The notes under the pieces were generated by a model. The model ran no database searches. It worked only from the letters and a program-made list of their open reading frames with translations, and was not told the origin of the DNA. Of a stretch of 64,000 nucleotides of DNA, positions 17,324-26,972 are shown piece by piece. The position numbers and the translations under genes were made by a program. The stretch's first letter is position 1. Each line of letters starts with the position of its first letter. Origin of the DNA: an uncultured archaeon (GTDB lineage Archaea; Thermoproteota; Nitrososphaeria; Nitrososphaerales; Gagatemarchaeaceae); contig CAWFOU010000001.1 of NCBI GenBank assembly GCA_963817525.1, positions 320,001 through 384,000 of the forward strand, in the 5' to 3' direction.

Positions 17324-17389
17324 GTGGTCCCCGTGCGCCCGGCTCGCCCGCACCATATTTTAGGAGTCGGTGGGGCGAGTGACCCTTTC

Positions 17390-17617
17390 TTAGATTGCCT
17401 TGATCTGCTTGACGACGCTGGGCCTTACCTTCCTGAAGACCCTGTAGCCGCAGATGCACTTCACCTCGGGAAGAGTGGAAAGCTCCTCCTGGGTCGTCCG
17501 CGTCCCGCACCTCACGCACTCGTAGACCGCCCCTGGGAAGACCTTGACCGGCTGCTCTGCCGCAGGCGCGACCTGGGTCGTCGCCTCGCCGGATTGCGGC
17601 GGTTGTGTTTCAGACAT
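17390..17617 (-). CDS. rpo12: RNA polymerase subunit Rpo12 (RpoP)
   Basis: YECVRCG...VKCICGYRVFRKVRP...IKAI zinc ribbon. Confidence 0.9.
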   Translation of the reverse strand: MSETQPPQSGEATTQVAPAAEQPVKVFPGAVYECVRCGTRTTQEELSTLPEVKCICGYRVFRKVRPSVVKQIKAI

Positions 17618-17719
17618 GTCACTTTGTCGCGCCCAAGGGTCGTATTTTTACATTGCCCCTCAAATCGGGGTTTTTTCAATGCGAACGGTTAAATTTCGCT
17701 CCTGCGACCCTCCGCTTGC

Positions 17720-17998
17720 ATGGCAAACGACCGGGCCCTTGGATGGGCGATACTCATCGTGAGCGCCCTGGGGATAATCGTCTACGGCGGGCTCCTATAC
17801 TTCTATTCGACTTTGATACTGGAGATCACTGCCTTCTTGGCCGTCGTGGTCCTTCTGGGGATCCTCGGCTGGATAGGCTGGACTATGGCGACCACTCCTC
17901 CGCCAGAGCCGATGCCCGACATGGCAGCGTCAGCAACTCAGGCGCCTCCCGCATCTGGCGCCCCCGCCACGGCCGGGGACAAGAAGCCCTCCAGCTGA
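17720..17998 (+). CDS. Small two-TM archaeal membrane protein
   Basis: Two hydrophobic helices ending WIGWTMATTPPP. Confidence 0.8.
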   Translation: MANDRALGWAILIVSALGIIVYGGLLYFYSTLILEITAFLAVVVLLGILGWIGWTMATTPPPEPMPDMAASATQAPPASGAPATAGDKKPSS

Positions 17999-18002
17999 AA
18001 GG

Positions 18003-18785
18003 CTAGTACTTCCTGAACCGGATGCTCAGGACCCCCACAAGGAACCCCCAGATCTCTCCTCCTCCCATCTTGGAGGCGCCCTTTGACCTCTCCTCGAAGG
18101 TGAACGGGACCTCCACCATCTTGAACCCGTTCTCCTTCATGATGTAGAGAGACTCCACTTGGAAGATGAACCCGCTCGAGCGAGGCGGGTGGGCGAGCAG
18201 GCACTCGACGGCGGTCCTCCTTAGCGCCTTGAACCCGGTGGTGGTGTCCTTGACCGGGAGGCCGAGGATCGTCCGCGAGAGCCAGCTCGCCCCCTTGCTG
18301 ATCATCTTCCGCCTCCAGTTCAGGCCCTTGAAGCTCCCCCCCTTGACGTGCCGAGACGCGATGGCCACGTCGGCGCCGCCCGTGGCGACCTTCGCCACGA
18401 GGGACTCGAGGATCTCCGGCGGGTGCTGCAGGTCTGCGTCCATCTGCACGACGACGTCAGTGTCCTTGTCCTGCATCACCTGCCTGAAGCCGTCCAGATA
18501 GGCCGTCCCGAGGCCTTTCTTCCCCTCCCTCTCCAGGAGCCGGAACGCGGGGGTGGTCGCCATCTGGCCCCTTATCTCTCCGCCCGTCCCGTCCGGGCTG
18601 TTGTCGTCCACGAAGAGGACGGTCATCCTGGGCCCCATTGACGCGAGGACCGGTGCGAGCCTGCGCTTGAACTCCGCGATGTTCTCCCTCTCGTTGTAGG
18701 TCGGGACGACGACCGCGACTCTCGGCTTGGCCCCGGACATCGCCGCGGGATCGACTCTCGGCTGGGGTCCCTTCTCCAGGGTCAA
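18003..18785 (-). CDS. Polyprenol-phosphate glycosyltransferase (GT2, DPM1-like)
   Basis: PTYNEREN, VDDNSPDGT, MDADLQHPP, DTTTGFK. Confidence 0.92.
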   Translation of the reverse strand: MTLEKGPQPRVDPAAMSGAKPRVAVVVPTYNERENIAEFKRRLAPVLASMGPRMTVLFVDDNSPDGTGGEIRGQMATTPAFRLLEREGKKGLGTAYLDGFRQVMQDKDTDVVVQMDADLQHPPEILESLVAKVATGGADVAIASRHVKGGSFKGLNWRRKMISKGASWLSRTILGLPVKDTTTGFKALRRTAVECLLAHPPRSSGFIFQVESLYIMKENGFKMVEVPFTFEERSKGASKMGGGEIWGFLVGVLSIRFRKY

Positions 18786-19888
18786 CCCTTGACCGCCTTC
18801 GCGAACTCCTCCGCGATGAGCTGGATGTCGGCCTCGCTCACCCCGGGGTGGACGGGGAGGGAGAGGACGTGAGCGGCGGCGCTCGCCGACATGGGGAGCT
18901 TCTTCTCCCCGTGTCCCAGCTGCTTGTAGAGGGGCATCTTGTTCACCGGGGTCTCCCAGTACGCGGCTGCCCCCACGCCCCTGGCCCTGAGCTTCTTCAT
19001 GACCTCGTCCCTCTTCTTGGAAAGGAACAAGGTGTAGAGGTACCAGACGTGAGTCCTGTCGGTCGGCTCCTGCCTGAGGTCCACGCCCTTCATCTGCGAG
19101 ATCGCCTCGGTGAGGGCCTTTGCGTTCCTCCTCCGCGCCCCGATGTAAGCGTCGAGCCTGTCCATCTGCACGGAGGCGATGGCGGCGGCCATCTCAGGGA
19201 GCCTGTAGTTGAAGCCGAGGACCCTCGTGTCGTAGCCTCCCCGCATCCCGTGGTTTCTCACGAGCCTGACGCGGTCGGCGAACTCGTCGTCGTCGGTGGT
19301 TATCGCGCCCCCCTCGCCCGACGTTATCACCTTCGTCGCGTATAGGCTGAAGCACCCAGAGTGGTCGGTCTTCCCCGCTGGCCTCCCGTGGTACTCCGCC
19401 CCGAGGGACTCTGCGGCGTCCTCTATCATCCTGATGGAGTGCCTGTCGGCGATCTCCCTCACCTCGTCCAGGTCGGCGGGGTACCCATAGACGTCGACCG
19501 GTATTATCGCCTTGGTCTTCTTGCCCACCTTCTTCCGGACGTCGGCCGAGTCGACGTTGTAGTCGGCCTTGATGTCGGCGAAGACCGGCTTGGCACCGCA
19601 CGCTAGAACCACGTTCGCCGTCGCCTCGAAGGTGAAGGCGGGCACGACGACCTCGTCTCCGGGGCCGACGCCGTACGCGACGAGCGAGGCGTGGAGAGCG
19701 GCCGTCCCAGAGTTTACGGCGATGGCATGCTTCGTCCCCACCTTGGCCTTCAGCTTCGCCTCGAACTCCTTGACGAACTTCCCGCCCTCGTAGCTGGCGT
19801 TGGTGAGGATGCCGCTCTCGAGCACCGACATCACCGCCTCCTTCTCCTCCTTCCCCAGTATGGGGATGTTTATCGGGATGAATCTCAT
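18782..19888 (-). CDS. DegT/DnrJ/EryC1/StrS sugar aminotransferase
   Basis: NSGTAALH, IEDAAESLG, FSLYATKVITSGEGG, LSLPVHP. Confidence 0.95.
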   Translation of the reverse strand: MRFIPINIPILGKEEKEAVMSVLESGILTNASYEGGKFVKEFEAKLKAKVGTKHAIAVNSGTAALHASLVAYGVGPGDEVVVPAFTFEATANVVLACGAKPVFADIKADYNVDSADVRKKVGKKTKAIIPVDVYGYPADLDEVREIADRHSIRMIEDAAESLGAEYHGRPAGKTDHSGCFSLYATKVITSGEGGAITTDDDEFADRVRLVRNHGMRGGYDTRVLGFNYRLPEMAAAIASVQMDRLDAYIGARRRNAKALTEAISQMKGVDLRQEPTDRTHVWYLYTLFLSKKRDEVMKKLRARGVGAAAYWETPVNKMPLYKQLGHGEKKLPMSASAAAHVLSLPVHPGVSEADIQLIAEEFAKAVKG

Positions 19889-19895
19889 GGTCTGG

Positions 19896-20987
19896 TCACC
19901 GCGCCGCCGGGGCCTTCGCCTCTTCGTGTATGGTCGCCACGACTTCCTCGAGGGCCTTCGTCCCCGCGAAGTGCTTCCTCACTGGCGCGACCACCTCGTC
20001 CAGGCTCTGGGCCACCGCCTTTTTTAGGTCAGTGGGGTGGAGCTTGCCCTGCAGGTACGCTGCTTCGAGCTCGGCATAGCTCCCGAACGACACCGTCCCG
20101 CCATATTTTTCCGGCCTGACCACCTCCAGGTGGTCCGCCTCGTGGAAGACGATTTGCTTCGCAAAGTCGAGCACGGGGTTGCCTTCCGCCTGCTTCTCGG
20201 GGCACCACGCCTTGCCCATCTTCCGGGCTATCTCCTCCGTGCTGTCGTGTATGAAGATCGCAGAGTCAGGCTTTGACTTGCTCATCTTGCTCGAGACTAC
20301 CTTGTCGGACTCGGCGTCCTCGTCGATCCCCACGCCCTCCGGCTTTTGTAGGCCCGCGAGGAGGTGGTGGTGGAGAGCGACCGGGACCTTCCACCCGAGG
20401 GACGGGAAGACCTCCCTCACGAGGACGTGCACCTTCCGCTGGTCCATCCCACTGTGCGCGATGTCGAGGTCCATCGCCCTGATGTCCGTCGCCTGCATCG
20501 GCGGGTAGACGTACTGCGCCACGTCCAGCTTCTCCTTCGTCGTCCTGCCCATTATCGTGAGGCAGCGCGTGTCGCGCGCCAGGGTTATCTGCTTCGAGAA
20601 GCGCAATAGGTCCATCCAGTACCGGTCGTTGCCTTTGTAGAGAGTGCTGCCCAGCTCGAACTCCACGCCGGGGCAGAAGAACCCGAAGGCCTGCTTATAG
20701 TATCTGGAAACCCGTTCTATCTTCTCAAAGTCGCCCCCCATCTTGTTGTTGATGTAGCTGTGCCAGTCGGCGAGGAAGACCTTACAGCGGATGCCCGCCT
20801 TCAGAAAGTCGTTTATCTTGAAGCCGAGGATGACGAGCGATCCAAGGTGCAGGAGCCCCGAGATCTCGAGGCCGATGTAATGCTTAGGGTGCGCCTCCCT
20901 CTCCAGGAGCGCGGCGAGCTCTGCCTCGGTCAGGACCTCCTCCGTCGGCGGCCTCCTCACGAGCGCGAGCCTTTCCTCTAGGTCCAA
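19896..20987 (-). CDS. tyrS: Tyrosine--tRNA ligase
   Basis: YIGLEISGLLHLG, YPPMQATDI, GMDQRK, KMSKS, LHPTDLK. Confidence 0.96.
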   Translation of the reverse strand: MDLEERLALVRRPPTEEVLTEAELAALLEREAHPKHYIGLEISGLLHLGSLVILGFKINDFLKAGIRCKVFLADWHSYINNKMGGDFEKIERVSRYYKQAFGFFCPGVEFELGSTLYKGNDRYWMDLLRFSKQITLARDTRCLTIMGRTTKEKLDVAQYVYPPMQATDIRAMDLDIAHSGMDQRKVHVLVREVFPSLGWKVPVALHHHLLAGLQKPEGVGIDEDAESDKVVSSKMSKSKPDSAIFIHDSTEEIARKMGKAWCPEKQAEGNPVLDFAKQIVFHEADHLEVVRPEKYGGTVSFGSYAELEAAYLQGKLHPTDLKKAVAQSLDEVVAPVRKHFAGTKALEEVVATIHEEAKAPAAR

Positions 20988-21124
20988 GATCTCTCGCCGT
21001 CTCTTTCCCTTCGCCGGTCGGCATTTAAGGGATTAATCAACACAGCACTGATTTGTTAGAGGATCGCACCTAGGACAGGGGTCGCAAACATCATGAGCGC
21101 GCCCACCTCGCAGGGCCGGTTGGT

Positions 21125-21733
21125 CTAGCCGATGCTGGTGACCTGGCAAACGCTGATTGGCGTGGTCCCGGATATTTCTGGTCGTCCGGTATACGGGTCG
21201 CATACCACGGTCAATGGCAATCCATTTGGGGTTCCGCAGTCAATAGGGCAGTTGGCACAGGACTCGTTGGGGTCACACACCGCGTTCCCACACGACTGTT
21301 GGAACACCGCGCAATCGGTGGCGTCCATGCCAGAAGGGCAGGGATAGTCTGGCGCGTACGGATAGTGTGGTGCCAGGGTGTATCCCTGGGGGATGTAGCC
21401 CAGGTAGTCTGCCCAGACGCCTTCCGGCACGATGCACTGGCCCGCCGAATTCCTCGCGCAAGTGCCGCCGGCCGGACCCAGCTGTGCGGTGGCACTCGTT
21501 TGAGTCTGCGTTGTGTTGCTCGAAGCAACACCGGTGCTGCCAGCGCTCGTGATGGTGCTCACACGTGTCGGTGGTGCTGCCGTGTAGTGGTATATCCCCA
21601 CCGCCCCCCCGAGCAGCAGGAGTCCGAGCAGCGCAATGACACTGGCCTTCGCAATCGCGCCACGATTGACCAAGTCAACCAGACTCTGCCAAAAGGATAG
21701 GTCCGAGCCATTAAAACCTTCAGGGTTAGACAT
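21125..21733 (-). CDS. Membrane-anchored Cys-rich surface protein (true start may be ~20 codons later)
   Basis: Signal anchor, Ser/Thr linker, CGNAVCDPNESCANCPIDC module; lower GC3 than core genes. Confidence 0.7.
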   Translation of the reverse strand: MSNPEGFNGSDLSFWQSLVDLVNRGAIAKASVIALLGLLLLGGAVGIYHYTAAPPTRVSTITSAGSTGVASSNTTQTQTSATAQLGPAGGTCARNSAGQCIVPEGVWADYLGYIPQGYTLAPHYPYAPDYPCPSGMDATDCAVFQQSCGNAVCDPNESCANCPIDCGTPNGLPLTVVCDPYTGRPEISGTTPISVCQVTSIG

Positions 21734-21941
21734 GGTTTTTGGGTTCTGGGATTACAGGTCCAGCTGAAAGCGCCCGCTGCCGAGAACACGGGCGACTCCA
21801 CTTGTTTTGCGGAAGCTCCAAGGGTCTGAATTGAGGGATTAAGGCGAAGGGGCCTCGGTCGCGCCGCGCGGCCGGTCGCCGGCGTCTGCCCCCTTCGAAA
21901 AACCCTTAAAGGAAAGTCAGGACGACTCCGAGACGATACGA

Positions 21942-22508
21942 ATGGAGCAGATGGACGAGCTCCGGCGTCCGGACGCAAGGACCCGACTGATGTACAAGAT
22001 AGTCTGCGGGGTCTCCGGCGTAGTCATCCTCGCGACCATAACCTACGGCGTCGCGACCTCCGCCCTCTACGCTAGCGGGAGCATACCAGTCATCGGTCAG
22101 AACATGATCAATGTCAGCTGGCCGCTCCCGTATCTGGCGCAGCCCGTCGACTATCTCAGCGTGGCTTCCGTCATATTCTTCTACACAGCGATCCGGCTGT
22201 GGCAGAACAAGGTCGCCCAGTGGTCGCACCTAGAGCTCGCTTCACTACAGCTGGTAGCCATCGTGGTCGCGTTCGCGTCTGCATACGAGATCATGTACAA
22301 CTTCATGTTGTGGGGTTCGTACTTCAGCGTGCAGGTTCTGACCGACAGCGTGACCGCAAACCCGAACTTCATCGTTAGCCCCGGGTCGACCCCGTGGAAC
22401 CTGGTCTTCGCGACCAAGGTCTTCTCTTCTCTCTTCGTGATAAGCGGATATACAGTGTACTTCCTGAGAAAGGTCCATCAGGTCCGGGGACTGCCAGACA
22501 CGCTCTGA
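21942..22508 (+). CDS. Hypothetical four-TM membrane protein
   Basis: Four hydrophobic segments; YEIMYNFMLW and PWNLVFATK motifs. Confidence 0.75.
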   Translation: MEQMDELRRPDARTRLMYKIVCGVSGVVILATITYGVATSALYASGSIPVIGQNMINVSWPLPYLAQPVDYLSVASVIFFYTAIRLWQNKVAQWSHLELASLQLVAIVVAFASAYEIMYNFMLWGSYFSVQVLTDSVTANPNFIVSPGSTPWNLVFATKVFSSLFVISGYTVYFLRKVHQVRGLPDTL

Positions 22509-22510
22509 GC

Positions 22511-22879
22511 CTACTTCGCGCCTGTCGTCTGGCTGCCCATCGAAAGGGTCGCTAGCTCGAGGTATGCGCAGATTATCGCAAACACCCCGAAGATCGCGCC
22601 CGTCGTGAGCCCGAGCGACCCCAGGCCGGTCCCGAAGAGCGTCGCCGCGACATAGACCTGGTATATCGTGAGCGTCAGCCCGAACAAGGCGCTGGCCCCT
22701 GCCAACGGTCTCGTGCCCCAGTTGCTCGGCATAGCGATGAGGAGTAGCCCGCTGAGGATGAACGCGAGGACGGCGAGGAGAAGGAGCAGGTCTCCGCCGG
22801 TGGCCACTATCCCCAGCCAGAAGACCCCCACCACGAGGAAGAGGATGGGGACTAGCAGTTCCTTCGGCGACTTCGCCAC
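22511..22879 (-). CDS. Hypothetical four-TM membrane protein
   Basis: Hydrophobic ORF with genome-typical codon usage. Confidence 0.7.
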   Translation of the reverse strand: MAKSPKELLVPILFLVVGVFWLGIVATGGDLLLLLAVLAFILSGLLLIAMPSNWGTRPLAGASALFGLTLTIYQVYVAATLFGTGLGSLGLTTGAIFGVFAIICAYLELATLSMGSQTTGAK

Positions 22880-22995
22880 GACTCCGACCGAAAAATGCAG
22901 AAGTTATAATCGTAGCGGTTCCCCGCGAGGCCAGCACGGCCTAGACCAGCGGGTTTTTGAGAGGCAGGAGCCGGGCCGGGCAGGGAGAGTTTACC

Positions 22996-24492
22996 ATGGC
23001 CGAAGCGTCTCACGCCGACAAGACTATCCAGGTCCAGGGAGGCCTCTCGCCCCCTGAGGTCCGCGGCGTGACGGATTACATCAAGAAGCACTACCTCGAC
23101 CTGAACCTGGACTCGCTCTCAGGAAAGGCCTACAGGGAGGCTTGGGCGAAGGACGGCGAGAGCGTCGAGCTCGACTGGGGCTTCTCTCCGCCAGAGACCC
23201 CGGGGAGGATAATAGAGCCCCTGCGCGGAAAGGCCGTGCGCCTGACCATCGCGCCGGCGTCTGTCTCGATCGGTTTCTCCGGGTTGGACGCCGCAGACGA
23301 GCCGGGACTGCAAGCGTGCCGAAGGGTGGCCGACGACCTCGACGTTCTTGTGAGCATGTTCCTCGCGAAGGCGAAGACCGCGAGCCTCTACTTCATCTTC
23401 TCCACAGAAGAGCCGGGGGCACTGAGGGACCTCCCCACCCCGTCCCCCTCGCTGTGGAAGGAGGCGCTGAGCAGGGTGACGAGGGGGAACATGATGAACC
23501 TCTACATCCTGATAATGGCCCTCAGCTTCGGGCTGTTCTTCCTGCTCGGCGACTCTGCGATATTCGCGGTGCTGGTGATCCAGCTCGGGGCGCTCTTCTA
23601 TTCAGACAGGATAGCCCTGCTGGTCGGCAGGGTCCGACCGACCTCCGAGAGGCCCAGGGTCACCATGGTGTGCGTGCCTGTCTCGATCGAGATGAAAGGC
23701 GAGGTGGCGAAACTGGCGAAGAGCGTCGTATCCGAGATCAGCGACAGGCTCGAGGGGAGGATCACCGGCGACGCGCTGCAGGGGCCTGCTGCGACGGAAG
23801 CCGTCCAGCAGGTGCTCACCAAGTCCGGGATCAAGTCCTCCACCGCGGAGATCAAGATAATCACGCGGAACGTCTATGGCCTGGTGAAGGACGTGGCAGA
23901 CCGGTTCAGGCTCCCGGTGCCAAAGATTACCATCCAGAACACCCTCGCGGACAACGCTGCAGCCACGGGCGTCTCTCCAGCAAGGTCGTCCATCGCCATC
24001 ACGGCTGGCTCTCTGGAGGACCTCGGTGACGCGGAGCTCTCTTCGGTCATAGGCCATGAGCTCGGCCACATAAAGGGAAGGGACTCCCTAATCCTGTTCT
24101 CGGCTACCTTCATCCTATACATCGGGGGCCTCTATCTCTGGTTCCCCGTTCTCCTCTTCCTGGGGCTCTTCTACTACATCCTGATCTTCGCCGTCATATT
24201 CTCGATCGGAAAGGTCCTCGAGACCCGTGCCGACACCGAGTCCGCGGCCACCTTGGGGGAGCCCGGGATGCTCGCCGCCGCGCTCACGAACATAGGCTTC
24301 AGGCAGCTCTACGCTGAAAAGTACTCCCGCGGGGCCCGGTTCATGGACTGGTTGACCTTCGACCCCCATCCGCCCATCTACTTCCGCGTCCAGCGCCTGT
24401 CGAAGCTCGCGGCGAGCGGGAAGGCGATCGGGAACACGTTGCTGGTCTCGATCAGGGACTGCGTCTCGGGCTTCTTCGACGCGATCCTCTGA
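22996..24492 (+). CDS. M48/HtpX-family zinc metalloprotease with extended N-terminal domain
   Basis: NAAATG, GHELGHIK, ETRAD, FDPHPP..FRV motifs. Confidence 0.9.
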   Translation: MAEASHADKTIQVQGGLSPPEVRGVTDYIKKHYLDLNLDSLSGKAYREAWAKDGESVELDWGFSPPETPGRIIEPLRGKAVRLTIAPASVSIGFSGLDAADEPGLQACRRVADDLDVLVSMFLAKAKTASLYFIFSTEEPGALRDLPTPSPSLWKEALSRVTRGNMMNLYILIMALSFGLFFLLGDSAIFAVLVIQLGALFYSDRIALLVGRVRPTSERPRVTMVCVPVSIEMKGEVAKLAKSVVSEISDRLEGRITGDALQGPAATEAVQQVLTKSGIKSSTAEIKIITRNVYGLVKDVADRFRLPVPKITIQNTLADNAAATGVSPARSSIAITAGSLEDLGDAELSSVIGHELGHIKGRDSLILFSATFILYIGGLYLWFPVLLFLGLFYYILIFAVIFSIGKVLETRADTESAATLGEPGMLAAALTNIGFRQLYAEKYSRGARFMDWLTFDPHPPIYFRVQRLSKLAASGKAIGNTLLVSIRDCVSGFFDAIL

Positions 24493-24533
24493 GCCCCTAC
24501 GTGCCCTGATTGAGGGTGTGGATTCGTTGGTCT

Positions 24534-24789
24534 GGTTCTGATGCGCCTCCGTGAGACGCGCCTTCCTGGCATCTGCTCCAAGGATCAGAGTCGTCGTCTC
24601 GTTCCCCGTCACAGCTTCACCCGCCAGGCCGAGCCTGATGGCGTCGTTGCACATGAGGCGGAACTCCTCGAAGAGGGAGGACAGCTCCTCGGAGGCCTCG
24701 TACCGGAAGCTGATTGCCTCGACCGATTCCATGCCTTGAAGGGAGATTTCAAGATATAACCGCCCTTCTCCCGAAGACGCACGAGAGCC
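24534..24789 (-). mobile_element. 256-bp internally deleted tnpB element (MITE-like) retaining promoter, tnpB 5' stub and omegaRNA-like region
   Basis: TIRs GGTTCTGATGCGCCT / GGCTCTCGTGCGTCT (11/15); 8-bp direct repeats GTTGGTCT at 24526-33 and 24790-97; both ends homologous to 52244-53458; deletion joined at a CAGG microhomology. Confidence 0.9.
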
Positions 24790-24842
24790 GTTGGTCTATA
24801 CGCTAAAATACTTCGGCGGCCGTCGTTCTGGCACTCGTCAAA

Positions 24843-25250
24843 TTGATGCCCGAAAGGCTCCAGGTTGATTTGCTGACCGGATTCGCAATCGTCCTCTCCG
24901 CGACGTTAGTCCTCGACAAGGCGGGTGACTTCTTCTATCACAGGGGAATCGCAAAGCCCTTCTACCTCTTCGGCTACCGCCTGCACCACAGGCACGTCCT
25001 GCTCTCCATCGTGCCCGCCACCTACGTCGCGGTGGCGAGCCTCCTGTACGTGCACTACGCACGGGTCCTCTGGAGCTCCTTCTGGCCGAGCGTGGAGATC
25101 ACGCTCTTCCTGGCGGGCGCGTGTCTCACGATAGACATGACGCTGGATGCGCTCTCCGGGGTCGAGAAGAAGCGGGCGCTCCTACACCACGAGTGGCTGT
25201 ACGTGGTCGTCCCCGCCTATGCGTTCACGCACCTCGTGGCCCTGGTCTGA
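24843..25250 (+). CDS. Hypothetical membrane protein with His-rich motifs
   Basis: Hydrophobic segments with RLHHRH and LHHEW motifs. Confidence 0.7.
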   Translation: MMPERLQVDLLTGFAIVLSATLVLDKAGDFFYHRGIAKPFYLFGYRLHHRHVLLSIVPATYVAVASLLYVHYARVLWSSFWPSVEITLFLAGACLTIDMTLDALSGVEKKRALLHHEWLYVVVPAYAFTHLVALV

Positions 25251-25282
25251 GCTCTTTCGGGCCGCCCCGAACGCTGCCTCTT

Positions 25283-26815
25283 CTAGGCCTTTACAAGCGG
25301 CGCCATTTCTGGGGCGCTCTCGACTGCTTGCTTCGTGGAGTCGACCTTCGGCTCGCGTGCCAGGTACCTCGACAGGCTCATGGACTTGAGCGTGAACATG
25401 CCGAACCCAACCAGCGACACCGACAGGAACCACACCCCCTGAACGAAGACCGGCACCGCGAGAGCTATCGCGGAGACGGCTAGCACCGCCTCCACTACTG
25501 CGTTGCGGTCGTTCGTGAGGTGCCTGAAGTAGGTCTTCCTGCTCGCCTTGCCTGTCCCCGAGTGGGGAGTTCGGTATTGGAAGAAGCCCGTCCTGTCGAA
25601 CACGCCGTAGAAGAAACCTATCGATGAGAGGCTGAGCATTGCGCCCGTTACGTATCCGAGCATTGGGATCATGACCACGTTCCTGGCCGTCATCAGCCCC
25701 TGCAGCCACAGGGCCCACGCGCCTGAAGCCATGGAGACCGCGAAAGGCACTGCGACAATCCCTATGTAGAGCGGGTTGTTGAATATCGAGTTGGCGGGCT
25801 CGATCACGCCCGCGACCACGGCGAACGCCGAGAGAAAGGTGACGAGTATCCAGCTAAAGCCCGAGAAGGGGCCTAGCAGCATCAGGAGGAGCCCCACCTT
25901 CTTCTGGAGGCTCACGTCCTTGGCAGTGGCTATGGTCTTCCAGTACTTTGCTATGCACCTCCACCACCCCTGCGACGTCCTCGCGACCTGCTTCTTCCAC
26001 GCCTCGAGGGTCGAGGGGTCCTCGCTCATTATCTTCACGCTGCTGAGGTATATCCCGCGCTTCCCCGCCAGGTAGAGCTTGATAGAGACGTCCCCGTCGT
26101 CCGCTATCCTCTCGTTTGACCACATCCCGACGTCCCTGAGGTCCTTTGTCCTGACGAGGGCGAACCCGCCCTGGAACGAGAACGGGGCGTCTATCTTGTA
26201 GGCCCCCATCTTGGAGAGCGTGTCCCCGATGTCCTGGGAGAGGGCGAAGAGCTTCGTGATCATGTTGTCGTTCCTGTTGTAGTGGCCGTACCTGAACGCG
26301 GCGAACGAGGCGCGTGGGTGGCTCTCGACCGCGGCGATCCCCTTCGTCAGGACGTCAGGTGGGACGACAGAGTCCGCGTCCAACAGGAGCACGAACTCCC
26401 CGACCACGCGCTCCATCGCCTTGTTGAGCGCCCCGCACTTGAAGTGCTCTCTGTTCGGCCGCCTGGACACGACTGTCGATATCCCAAGGTCGTTGAGCTC
26501 GCGGGCCTTCGCGTCGATCGCGTCGACGGTCTGATCGTTCGAGTCGTCCGCGACCACCACCTGGAGCCTGTCCTTTGGGTAGTCGATGAGCTTCACCGCG
26601 TCGAGCGTCTTCTCGATCACGAACTTCTCGTTGAAGCTCGCGATGAGGAGCGAGACCGTGGGGTGGCTCTCGAGCCGCACGTACTGGTTCGTCAGGTTCC
26701 TAGGGTAGCGCGTGGAAGTGGCGAGGAGAACGACCCAGTAGTACTCGAGCGCGAGGACAGGAATCGTGATGACAATAGTGATCGCTTCCACAAGTTGCCA
26801 TATCTGAATTACCAT
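25283..26815 (-). CDS. GT2 cellulose-synthase-like membrane glycosyltransferase
   Basis: FNEKFVIE, DDSND, KCGALN, LLLDADS, degenerate ADD and QVARTSQG motifs, C-terminal TMs. Confidence 0.9.
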   Translation of the reverse strand: MVIQIWQLVEAITIVITIPVLALEYYWVVLLATSTRYPRNLTNQYVRLESHPTVSLLIASFNEKFVIEKTLDAVKLIDYPKDRLQVVVADDSNDQTVDAIDAKARELNDLGISTVVSRRPNREHFKCGALNKAMERVVGEFVLLLDADSVVPPDVLTKGIAAVESHPRASFAAFRYGHYNRNDNMITKLFALSQDIGDTLSKMGAYKIDAPFSFQGGFALVRTKDLRDVGMWSNERIADDGDVSIKLYLAGKRGIYLSSVKIMSEDPSTLEAWKKQVARTSQGWWRCIAKYWKTIATAKDVSLQKKVGLLLMLLGPFSGFSWILVTFLSAFAVVAGVIEPANSIFNNPLYIGIVAVPFAVSMASGAWALWLQGLMTARNVVMIPMLGYVTGAMLSLSSIGFFYGVFDRTGFFQYRTPHSGTGKASRKTYFRHLTNDRNAVVEAVLAVSAIALAVPVFVQGVWFLSVSLVGFGMFTLKSMSLSRYLAREPKVDSTKQAVESAPEMAPLVKA

Positions 26816-26972
26816 GAATCGAGTCCCGGGAAAGCCTTCGTCAACCTTACGAATCGAGTATGTAAGTTTTGGGCCGGCTCCCTTCACCGCGGGGTCGCCT
26901 CGGCGGCCCGCCTCGAGGAGATGACGACCGGACTCCCCCCGGATATATAGGCGGCCAAGGCACCCAGCGAGA

